This document shows, one piece after another, positions 17,601 through 25,624 of a stretch of 64,000 nucleotides of DNA. Source of the stretch: a virus (Duplodnaviria; Heunggongvirae; Uroviricota; Caudoviricetes). The notes beneath the pieces are model-generated. The model did not search any database and was not told where the DNA came from. It saw only the letters and a list, made by a program, of their open reading frames with translations. A program made the position numbers and the translations under genes. The stretch is taken from positions 32,001-96,000 of IMG/VR virus record IMGVR_UViG_3300042549_004104; one strand, 5' to 3'. Within the stretch, counting starts at the first letter, position 1. Every line of letters begins with the position of its first letter.

Positions 17601-20549
17601 ATTGCTATAACTTGCAGGTAGTCCAGTTAGTTGACTACCATTACCAATAAAATAGTTAGCAGAAACGTTACCTGATATATTAGCATTACCTGCTGTAAAA
17701 TTACCAGTATATGTTGGTAGATATGCGGCTACATTTGTATTACTATAACTTGTTGGTAAACCAGTTAATAAACTACCATTACCTATATAAAAGTTTGCAT
17801 TTATATAATCAGCACCAGTAATGTTTCCTGCAGAACCAGTTGTAGTAATACTAGCAACAGACATCGCTCCAGATATATTTGCATTACCCGCTGTTAAATT
17901 ACCAGTATATGTTGGTAAGTAATTTGCTACATTTGCGTTACTATATGTTCCACTAAAATTCCATGAGGTGCCATTAGCATAATATATTCCATCTGTTAAT
18001 AAATTACCTAATGATCCGTTTCCAGTTACAGTTAAACTACTTAAATTACCAACGCTTGTAATATTAGGTTGTGCATTAGTTGTTACGGTGCCAGCTGTGT
18101 TTGCACTTGTTGCATTTGGTACATATCCTGTTACGTTGGCACCAGTAATGCTTGTAAGTAAGCTACCATTACCACTGAAATAATTACTTGTTGTTAAATT
18201 GCCTAAACTAGCATTAACTGCTGTAATGTTACCAGTTGAGGTGAATGAACCTGTTCTGAATGGTGCATATACTCCATTAGCAAAATCAATAGTTGTGGTT
18301 GGTTCTGCAACTACTTGGTCAAATAGTTTATATGTTCCATCACTTGCATCTCTTGCTAATCCGGTGTGATAAGATGTACCATCATCATAACTAGCAACAA
18401 ATCCCAAATCATACAAATTAGCTACATTGTTTGCACCTAAGAAAATTAACGGGTCACCTACGACCAAATCAGTTACGTTTGCATAATTTAAATTACCAGT
18501 AGCATTGATATTACCGGTAATATTTACGTTACCGGTTATTGTTAATCCATTTAATGTACCAACACTAGTAATATTTGGTTGAGCATTAGTTGTTACAGTA
18601 CCTGTTGTATTTGCCGCAGTTGCTAATGGAACATATCCAGTTACATTAGCGCCAGTTAAACTTGTTAGTAAACTACCATTACCACTGAAGTAGTTTGCAA
18701 CGATATAGTTTGCACCACTAATATTACCACTACCTGAACCTGTAGAAATATTTCCAGTAAGTACTACATTATTACCTGTATAGTTACCTGTATATGTAGG
18801 TAAGTATGCGGCTACATTTGTGTTACTATAACTCGCTGGCAATCCAGTTAGTTGGCTACCATTACCTATAAAATAATTAGCAGATACGTTACCTGTGTAT
18901 GTTGGGAGATATGCGGCTACATTTGTGTTTGAATAAGTGCCACCTAAACTCCATGCTGTACCATTTGCATATAACAAATTATCAGTTAATACGTTGCCGG
19001 CGCTTACATTGCTAGTTACTGATAAACTACTTAGTGTACCAACACTAGTGATATTTGGTTGAGCATTTGTTGTTACTGTACCTGCAGTTGTTGCACTATT
19101 TGCAACGTTTGCATTTGGAACATATCCAGTTACATTACTACCGGTGATACTTGTTAGTGTTGCACCATTGCCACTAAAATAATTAGCAATTACATAGTTT
19201 GCACCACTAATATTACCGGTTCCTGAACCTGTAGTAATTGTATTTGCTATTAATGAGCCTGTTATATTAGCATTACCTGTTGTTAAATTACCTGTTACAG
19301 ATAATGAACTTAGTGTACCGACACTAGTAATATTAGGTTGTGCGTTTGTAGTTACAGTACCTGCTGTATTTGCGGCTGTAGCTAAAGGCACGTAACCAGT
19401 TACGTTAGCACCAGTTAAACTTGTTAAATATGAACCATTACCACTAAAATAATTAGCAATAACAAAATTGGCACCGGATAAATTTCCACCAGAACCAGTG
19501 GTAGACACATTACCTGCTATTAAATTTCCAGATATATTTGCATTACCTGCAGTAAAATTACCAGTATATGTTGGTAGATACGCGGCTACGTTTGTATTAC
19601 TATAGCCTCCACCCAAATTCCATGCTGTTCCATTTGCATACAACAAATTGTTTGTTAGAATATTTCCAGCACTTACATTACTTGTTACAGTTAAGCTACT
19701 TAATGTACCTACACTAGTGATATTGGGTTGTGCATTTGTTGTTACTGTACCAGCTGTATTTGCGTTTGTTGCGTTTGGTACATAACCGGTTACGTTAGCG
19801 CCGGCTACACTATTAGCGATATTAGCATAATGACTTTGTATTGCATTATTGACGTTACCTGATACATTAGCACCAGTTAAACTTGTTAAATATGAACCGT
19901 TACCACTAAAATAATTAGCAATAACAAAATTAGCACCGGATAAATTTCCACCAGAACCACCAGTAGACACATTACCTGCAATTAAATTACCTATTATGTT
20001 TGCATTACCAGCTGTTAAATTGCCTGTAATTGTTACACTACTTAAATTACCCACACTAGTAATATTAGGTTGTGCATTTGTTGTTACTGCACCGGCTGTA
20101 TTTGCATTTGTTGCGTTTGGTACATAACCGGTTACATTAGCGCCGGCTACTGAATTAGCAATGTTTGCATAGTGACTTTGTACTGCAAAAGACACATTAC
20201 CACTTACATTGTCACCGGTTACTGAGTTTGCTATATTTGCATAATGACTTTGTATTGCGATAGTGACATTGCCACTTACGTTACTACCTGTTATGTTTGT
20301 TAGAGTTGAGCCATTACCAATAAAATAGTTTGCAGAGACATTACCGGTATAAGTCGGGAGATATGCCGCTACATTTGTGTTTGAATAACTACTTCCACCA
20401 AAACTCCATGCTGTACCATTTGCATATAACAAATTATCTGTTTTAATATTTCCAGCTACAACATTAGAGGTAACAGATGTACTAGCAAAAGTAAAAGTTG
20501 CTGAGTTATTTAAGTTAAACGGTTCTAATGTAGTGATTGTTAATGGCAT
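14613..20549 (-). CDS. very long Asn/Gly/Thr/Ser-rich fibre shaft protein (1978 aa)
   Basis: Repeated AQPNITSVG, YSNTNVAAYLPTYTGN and ANYFSGNGS units; three F/YTGxG domains; ends AMTMGIIFGG. Confidence 0.85.
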   Translation of the reverse strand: MPLTITTLEPFNLNNSATFTFASTSVTSNVVAGNIKTDNLLYANGTAWSFGGSSYSNTNVAAYLPTYTGNVSANYFIGNGSTLTNITGSNVSGNVTIAIQSHYANIANSVTGDNVSGNVSFAVQSHYANIANSVAGANVTGYVPNATNANTAGAVTTNAQPNITSVGNLSSVTITGNLTAGNANIIGNLIAGNVSTGGSGGNLSGANFVIANYFSGNGSYLTSLTGANVSGNVNNAIQSHYANIANSVAGANVTGYVPNATNANTAGTVTTNAQPNITSVGTLSSLTVTSNVSAGNILTNNLLYANGTAWNLGGGYSNTNVAAYLPTYTGNFTAGNANISGNLIAGNVSTTGSGGNLSGANFVIANYFSGNGSYLTSLTGANVTGYVPLATAANTAGTVTTNAQPNITSVGTLSSLSVTGNLTTGNANITGSLIANTITTGSGTGNISGANYVIANYFSGNGATLTSITGSNVTGYVPNANVANSATTAGTVTTNAQPNITSVGTLSSLSVTSNVSAGNVLTDNLLYANGTAWSLGGTYSNTNVAAYLPTYTGNVSANYFIGNGSQLTGLPASYSNTNVAAYLPTYTGNYTGNNVVLTGNISTGSGSGNISGANYIVANYFSGNGSLLTSLTGANVTGYVPLATAANTTGTVTTNAQPNITSVGTLNGLTITGNVNITGNINATGNLNYANVTDLVVGDPLIFLGANNVANLYDLGFVASYDDGTSYHTGLARDASDGTYKLFDQVVAEPTTTIDFANGVYAPFRTGSFTSTGNITAVNASLGNLTTSNYFSGNGSLLTSITGANVTGYVPNATSANTAGTVTTNAQPNITSVGNLSSLTVTGNGSLGNLLTDGIYYANGTSWNFSGTYSNANVANYLPTYTGNLTAGNANISGAMSVASITTTGSAGNITGADYINANFYIGNGSLLTGLPTSYSNTNVAAYLPTYTGNFTAGNANISGNVSANYFIGNGSQLTGLPASYSNTNVAAYLPTYTGNFTAGNANISGNLIAGNLVTSGSGGNISDANYIIANYFSGNGSLLTSITGSNVSGNVTSAVRSHYANIANSVTGANVSGQVSNALIAGTVYTNAQPNITSTGILTSVSTSGNLTFNTTGQRILGDFSNTTVSSRTLFQSSGGTFTDIGAIGPGATNSSAWTAYYGSDPTNTSRIRILALAEAGYIQSSITGSGSYVPLILQTGGSNRVNIDTNGNVGIANGAPTHTLSVTGTLNVSGNATLGNIGATSGVFTNVSGNGSALSSLVGANVSGNVSWAITSNWANVANSVTGANVTGNVTSAVQSHYANIANSVAGANVSGQVSNALIASTVYTNAQPNITSLGTLTDLNVGGNAIVSGNLIVNGNLTYVNVDSLKIKDPIIELGGGANGDPLTTNDGKDRGEILHYYTGSAPVDAFMGWDNSNAEFAFGSNVAVSSEVVTFNTFGNVRAGNAVFSNLVTADYFTGTLTTASQPNITSVGTLSSLIVTGNITSGNATLGNTVTANYFIGDGSQLTGVAATTAGTVTTNAQPNITSIGNLTGLVVSNSTGVVDFTTSANVTLGNISNLHITGGSANYVIITDGSGNLSWSAQSGGGASVAGSNTQVQFNDSNSFGASANFAFNKTSNTLTVDKAIHLNGANLGSNVSNLYIGGGGVSQILATDGSGNLTWIAQPTAVITVDNFTGNGVQTVFALSTTPANINQTVINYNGSFQLRNAYTLSGANITFTEAPANGYSIEVTTTMGATSGAGAFITRAYTGTGSQANFTVTSGSTVSSVIVTENGIVQAPTADYTISNTTLTFTTAPASNVAIQVRELAIAIATTTSPVYRAYTGNGAQNTFTITSGLTANSLIVAENGIIQRPTTDYSVSGSNVVFVSPPASNVDIQIRELSLNGGMSTGGSSLPYQGGNSGKYLTTDGATASWANVSVGGSLTIKEEGSNLTTTATSIDFVGGGITATNVGNAVTVTVPTGTTRAQAMTMGIIFGG

Positions 20550-20570
20550 AATATTTTTTTTCTCAACATG

Positions 20571-20578
20571 TATTTAGC
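20571..20578 (-). promoter_or_regulatory. putative T4-like late promoter GCTAAATA
   Basis: TAAATA core in the intergenic gap upstream of the 1978-aa gene. Confidence 0.55.
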
Positions 20579-20584
20579 TAAAAT

Positions 20585-21499
20585 TTAGAATGTAATTGAA
20601 CCCGAACTAGTGAACTTATAAACTCTATATCCACCACTTACTGTATATGTTGGACTACCTGTTGTACTTGTTGCAGCCAAATATGAGTCTGGATAGCGAA
20701 TCGCTATAATACCTGAACCTCCGGCACCTCCGCCGCCGGAGTCTCCGCCACCACCGCCAGCACCACCGGTGTTTATAGTACCACTACCGCCACCAAAGGC
20801 ATGATAGCCGCCGCTTCCTGCATTTGTTCCACCGGTACCAACCGTTCCATTTTCTGAGCCACCACCGCCTCCAGATCCGTATACTATTGCTGACCCAGAT
20901 ATGCTATTAGATATGCCTTGCCCGCCATTACCAGCTGTGCCACTACCACCGCTTACACTAGTAGCATTACTGCCAACTGCTCCGGCACCACCACCGCCTC
21001 CGCCATTATAAGTACTGGTCCCCGAACCAGCGCCGCCGTCATATCCCTGTCTTGCTTGACTTAAATAGGTAGATCCTGGGTAAACACCTTGGCCAGGAAG
21101 ATGTCCAGCTAATGATTGAGTACTACCTCCACCACCTGAACCACCATTTTTACCCTGAGTTGTATAAGTTCCACCTCCACCACCGCCAATTGCAGTCACG
21201 GTAGTAAAACCAGATCCACTGATACTAGAGTTTCCTCCATTGGTGCCCGCGCCGGCACGAGGTACACCACCGGCACCGCTAGCGCCTATCGTAATTGTAT
21301 ACGATACACTAGCAGTGACACTAGCTGTATCAGTTAAATATCCTCCACCACCGCCGGCGCCGCCACCATGCCATCCAGCGCCGCCACCACCGCCACCTGC
21401 TACTACTAAGTATTCTACAGATGAAGGAGCTGTAGGAAGTTCAGGATTTAATGTAATCCCTAAGCCTATTGATATTCCTAATCCTATTTCTAATGCCAT
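20585..21499 (-). CDS. glycine-rich adhesin-like virion protein
   Basis: N-terminal IGLGISIGLGI motif, then VEYLVVAGGG...YKFTSSGSITF. Confidence 0.8.
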   Translation of the reverse strand: MALEIGLGISIGLGITLNPELPTAPSSVEYLVVAGGGGGGAGWHGGGAGGGGGYLTDTASVTASVSYTITIGASGAGGVPRAGAGTNGGNSSISGSGFTTVTAIGGGGGGTYTTQGKNGGSGGGGSTQSLAGHLPGQGVYPGSTYLSQARQGYDGGAGSGTSTYNGGGGGGAGAVGSNATSVSGGSGTAGNGGQGISNSISGSAIVYGSGGGGGSENGTVGTGGTNAGSGGYHAFGGGSGTINTGGAGGGGGDSGGGGAGGSGIIAIRYPDSYLAATSTTGSPTYTVSGGYRVYKFTSSGSITF

Positions 21500-21509
21500 A
21501 TTGTTTCTC

Positions 21510-22376
21510 TTAGAATGTTATTGAACCTGAACTATTGAACGTATAAACTTTATATGATCCATCAGTGGTTATTGTCGGTGAACCTGTCGTTGCTGATACT
21601 GTAGTACTTGATAAAAATCTTAATATAACTACTCCTGAACCACCTGCTCGTCCACCTGCCCTATATCCTCCGCCGCCGCCACCTGTATTAGCTGTTCCAT
21701 TTTCTCCGCCACCGGATGTGCCACCTGCGCCCCCACCACCTAAACCACCTAAACCACCTGCACCACTGAAACTTCCACCGCCACCGCCGCCGGCGTAATA
21801 AGTAGATGTGCCTGAGATACTAGATGATAAACCATCACCGCCTTTACCTCCGGGTACACCCGCATTACCGCCTACTTGACCAGCACCTCCGCCTCCGCCT
21901 CCATTATAAGGTGATGAAAGTGTGGCTGCGCCACCATTATTTCCTTGACTAGGTGATGTGCTGGGAGTATTACCACTACCGGGACTAACAAGTGCAGTTT
22001 CACTAGTATCAACACATCCACCTCCACCAGATCCTCCATTTGCACCGGCAACATTTTTACCGCCACCACCGCCACCACCGGTTGAAGTAATAGTTGAGAA
22101 TGTAGAATCATTACCACTTATACCGCCGTTAGTAGGAGATCCACTAGTGTTGACCGAGCCGCCGCCCCCTACAGTTACTGTTATTGGGGAGCCGGTGGAT
22201 ACTATAAATCCACTTGCAGTTCTATAACCGCCTGCACCACCACCACCGCCACCATAGCCTACTGCATACCCACCGCCGCCGCCACCTGCTACTACTAAGT
22301 ATTCTACTGATGGGGGAGGAGGAGGTACACTAACTGATATTCCGCCGCCGATTGTGATTCCTGATCCTATTTGCAT
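21510..22376 (-). CDS. glycine-rich adhesin-like virion protein
   Basis: N-terminal IGSGITIGGGI, poly-Pro linker, then the Gly-rich domain ending SGSITF. Confidence 0.8.
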   Translation of the reverse strand: MQIGSGITIGGGISVSVPPPPPSVEYLVVAGGGGGGYAVGYGGGGGGAGGYRTASGFIVSTGSPITVTVGGGGSVNTSGSPTNGGISGNDSTFSTITSTGGGGGGGKNVAGANGGSGGGGCVDTSETALVSPGSGNTPSTSPSQGNNGGAATLSSPYNGGGGGGAGQVGGNAGVPGGKGGDGLSSSISGTSTYYAGGGGGGSFSGAGGLGGLGGGGAGGTSGGGENGTANTGGGGGGYRAGGRAGGSGVVILRFLSSTTVSATTGSPTITTDGSYKVYTFNSSGSITF

Positions 22377-22401
22377 AATGTTATCTCAATGATATCCATA
22401 C

Positions 22402-22758
22402 TTATTCTGTAATAACTTCTACCCAACTTGTAGTATCTTCATCCCATGAATAACGCTTATCATCTGTGGGCATTGCAACTGGTGAATTCCATAGACATGT
22501 AGTTTCATTCAATACCCAACTATTATAGGGTTTTGGTGGTATGAAAGCATCACGAATTGAATCGTATGTGTATCCTATACCAGCATAATTCTTTCTTAAT
22601 GGTGTGTCACCTAAAGTGTGTACTCCACCATGTGTGTTGTAACTAGTTTGTACAAAAGAACTTGGTTCTCCAAATAAACCAGTGTCAACTACGTCTTGTT
22701 CTATTACTAGAACTTGTGTTACGATATTATTACTATCGATTTGTGCAAAATGTGCCAT
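22402..22758 (-). CDS. fibre-associated small protein (MAHFAQ family)
   Basis: Paralog of 11206..11598; the first 18 nt are identical; GGAG RBS. Confidence 0.7.
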   Translation of the reverse strand: MAHFAQIDSNNIVTQVLVIEQDVVDTGLFGEPSSFVQTSYNTHGGVHTLGDTPLRKNYAGIGYTYDSIRDAFIPPKPYNSWVLNETTCLWNSPVAMPTDDKRYSWDEDTTSWVEVITE

Positions 22759-22779
22759 TTTATATCTCCTTATTAAATG

Positions 22780-23697
22780 TTAAAATGTTATACTACCTGA
22801 ACTGGTGAATTTGTATACTCTGTATCCACCTGCTGTTGTTATTGTTGGGCTACCTGTTGTTGCTACTGCGGCAGCATAACTATCTGCGTACCGAAGAATT
22901 ACAATACCTGAACCACCGGCGCCTCCATTATTATAATTTCCGCCACCACCACCACCGCCTGTATTTACAGTACCTGCAGTTCCTGTAGCCGGGTAGGTTC
23001 CTGCTCCTGCACCACCTCCACCATTGCCCCCTGTTCCTGCACCGGTTTCACCTGCACCACCTCCACCACCTGCGTAATACGTAGATGTTCCTGACATAGA
23101 TGAAGATATACCAACACCTCCGCCACCACCAGTTTTTGCGGATGGTCCATTACTACCGATTGCACCTGCACCACCACCACCGCCGCCAGAATCTCCACCA
23201 CCATCACTAGTAGATGTACCACCATCATACCCTTGTCTTGGTGCATCTATATAAGACGATCCTGGATAGATACCTTTACCTCCCAAACCACTGCTTCGCT
23301 GGGCGCCACCACCACCAGATCCACCATTGCCGCCTGGGCTACTATAAGAAGTAGTACTATCAGCACTTGATCCGGCCCCACCGCCATATGCAGTAACTAA
23401 ACCAAAAACAGAATTAGAACCTTGAGTAGCTGCCGATGGATTACTTAATCCAATATAATTAGCAGTTGAACCATTGCCGCCGGCGCCAACAGTAACTGTT
23501 ATAGTGGTACTTAATAATGTTAAAAAATTTGTTGTGGTAAGCAGTCCACCAGCACCTCCGCCGGCACCTCCGGCGCCGGCTCTACCACCGCCGCCACCGC
23601 CTGCAACTACTAAGTAGTCTATAGGGATAGTCGCGGGTGCACCGGAACTTGAATAAGTTAATCCGGGGCCAAATGTGATGCCTGGACCTATTTCCAT
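22780..23697 (-). CDS. glycine-rich adhesin-like virion protein
   Basis: N-terminal IGPGITFGPGL, then IDYLVVAGGG...YKFTSSGSITF. Confidence 0.8.
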   Translation of the reverse strand: MEIGPGITFGPGLTYSSSGAPATIPIDYLVVAGGGGGGRAGAGGAGGGAGGLLTTTNFLTLLSTTITVTVGAGGNGSTANYIGLSNPSAATQGSNSVFGLVTAYGGGAGSSADSTTSYSSPGGNGGSGGGGAQRSSGLGGKGIYPGSSYIDAPRQGYDGGTSTSDGGGDSGGGGGGAGAIGSNGPSAKTGGGGGVGISSSMSGTSTYYAGGGGGAGETGAGTGGNGGGGAGAGTYPATGTAGTVNTGGGGGGGNYNNGGAGGSGIVILRYADSYAAAVATTGSPTITTAGGYRVYKFTSSGSITF

Positions 23698-23714
23698 TTA
23701 TTTTTCCTTAATTA

Positions 23715-24944
23715 TCAAAATGTTATACTACCTGAAGCAGTATATTTGTAAACTTTAAATGAGCCATCAGTAGTTATAGTTGGTGAGCCTGTTGTTCCTG
23801 TTACGGTTGTAGTTGAAGGGAATCTTAATATAACTACACCAGAACCACCTGCTCTTCCACCACTACCGCCACCGTCAGTAAATCCACCACCACCACCCCC
23901 GCCGGTGTTGGTAGTGCCTTCAAGCGCAGTAATAGAACTTGTATAACCGCCTCCATTACCTCCACCGCCTAAGCCCCCTATCCCCTTTCCACCACCGCTA
24001 TCATAACCCCAGCCACCGCCACCGCCGGCATAATAAGTAGATGTTCCGGTAATTGATGATGTAAGACCTATTCCACCGTTTCCACCTTTGGCTGCATCAC
24101 TACCGGATGGGGGTTGACCTACTGCGCCGGCGCCGCCGCCGCCGGCACTAGAGTAGCCACCCGCTGACACTGCGTTACCGCCATCATATCCCTGTATTGC
24201 TTGGCTTAGATAAGTTGATCCTGGATATACACCTTTACCTCCAGTTCCAGCACTGCCACCTGAACCACCTCCGCCGCCCGATCCTCCATTCCCACCATTT
24301 ACTGGACCCCCAATTTGACCGCCGCGACCACCGCCGATTGATGTTATTGTACTAAATCCACTACCTGATATTGAAGAATTTGAACCCATCACATTAGTTG
24401 ATCCGCCCCCTCCAACTGTTATTGTATAAGTTACGCTTAGGGCAATTTGTACTGTTGTTGCTTGTAATAATCCTCCGGCGCCACCTCCACCACTATAGTG
24501 AGTTCCACCACCACCGCCGCCAGCAACTACTAAATAATCCATAGTTAAAGCCGGTGTTGCTGAATTACTCGGATTGCTTGCACTACCAATACCTAAACTA
24601 TTTGTTGCAGTGACAGTAAAGGTATATGTAGTACCGGTAGTTAATCCAGTAACAGTAATTGGACTAGAACTTCCTGTTGCAGTGACATTTCCCGGGCTAG
24701 AAGTTACTGTGTAACTAGTTACAGCAGATCCGCCGTTACTTGCCGGTGCAGTAAAAGTTACTTCTACTGATGTTGCCCCAACTACCGTAGCAGTACCTAT
24801 TGTCGGAGCTCCGGGTGTACCGGCCCAATTTCCTGATTGCTTTAATTGTGCTTGACTAGATGTATTGAAAAATCCAGAGGCAGTAGTAGAATTTGCTGTT
24901 ACTTGCGTAGCAGACATTACTCCACCCTGGTATCTTTTAACCAT
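23715..24944 (-). CDS. FN3 + glycine-rich adhesin-like virion protein
   Basis: Close paralog of 13023..14249; the FN3 DNA is visibly highly similar (13921-14030 vs 24610-24720). Confidence 0.82.
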   Translation of the reverse strand: MVKRYQGGVMSATQVTANSTTASGFFNTSSQAQLKQSGNWAGTPGAPTIGTATVVGATSVEVTFTAPASNGGSAVTSYTVTSSPGNVTATGSSSPITVTGLTTGTTYTFTVTATNSLGIGSASNPSNSATPALTMDYLVVAGGGGGGTHYSGGGGAGGLLQATTVQIALSVTYTITVGGGGSTNVMGSNSSISGSGFSTITSIGGGRGGQIGGPVNGGNGGSGGGGGSGGSAGTGGKGVYPGSTYLSQAIQGYDGGNAVSAGGYSSAGGGGAGAVGQPPSGSDAAKGGNGGIGLTSSITGTSTYYAGGGGGWGYDSGGGKGIGGLGGGGNGGGYTSSITALEGTTNTGGGGGGGFTDGGGSGGRAGGSGVVILRFPSTTTVTGTTGSPTITTDGSFKVYKYTASGSITF

Positions 24945-24945
24945 T

Positions 24946-25317
24946 TTAGCTTATGTCCTCATAACTACATGTAACTATCAATGCATTTGCTGTTCCAGCA
25001 GTAGCACCCAAACTTGTATTTTCTTCTAAGTAATATTGACTTGATTTATCTATGATGTTTAATGTAGCATTGGCAGGAACAGCCATGTTACCTGCAATAG
25101 CAAATTGTGTTCCACCTACGTTTGCCGCATTGTACCAACCAATTGTTATTGTTGCGGCTGATCCTGTATAGTTACTCACATTTAATGTGTTAACTTTTAA
25201 ACACTTACCACTACCTGATGCATTGTTTAAAACAGTTGTTGCACTTGTACTTGTCAAATTAGCACCTGTTGTCTTGCCGTTTATTGTTGTTGCCCCGATT
25301 AAATTTGGTGCTGCCAT
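24946..25317 (-). CDS. ~120-aa putative fibre adaptor protein (MxxPN(L/I) family)
   Basis: MAAPNLIG...YYLEEN...CSYEDIS. Confidence 0.7.
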   Translation of the reverse strand: MAAPNLIGATTINGKTTGANLTSTSATTVLNNASGSGKCLKVNTLNVSNYTGSAATITIGWYNAANVGGTQFAIAGNMAVPANATLNIIDKSSQYYLEENTSLGATAGTANALIVTCSYEDIS

Positions 25318-25318
25318 T

Positions 25319-25543
25319 TTATCCTCCGAATACTAAACTATAGCCTGTTATATAGGCATTACTACTGCCGCCAGCACTTGCTGTAGCAAAACTTAAATTG
25401 CCTGAGCCGTCAGTAGTTAAAACTTGGCCGGATGTACCGCCCGTAATATGTATATTTGCTATAGGACCCAAAGTGACGTTGGCAGCAGTATAATTTATAT
25501 TACCTGCTTGATTAATCATACTTGATGAAACTTTTGTTGTCAT
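25319..25543 (-). CDS. miniature fibre stub protein (74 aa)
   Basis: One shaft unit (NIHITGGTSGQVLTTDGSGNLSF) and a YSLVFGG tail; AAAGGA RBS and upstream GATAAATA. Confidence 0.75.
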   Translation of the reverse strand: MTTKVSSSMINQAGNINYTAANVTLGPIANIHITGGTSGQVLTTDGSGNLSFATASAGGSSNAYITGYSLVFGG

Positions 25544-25569
25544 TAGTTATCCTTTAGTAAACAATTTAG

Positions 25570-25577
25570 TATTTATC
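25570..25577 (-). promoter_or_regulatory. putative T4-like late promoter GATAAATA
   Basis: Intergenic, upstream of the 74-aa gene. Confidence 0.6.
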
Positions 25578-25624
25578 AAATTAGTTAACACACTTTTAGC
25601 AACCAAAATAAATTTAAAAATCAA

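Noticed and set aside
13023-25543. Invertase/shufflon-type tail fibre switching
   Set aside because: All cassettes are co-oriented and have their own starts; no inverted crossover sites or site-specific recombinase are visible.
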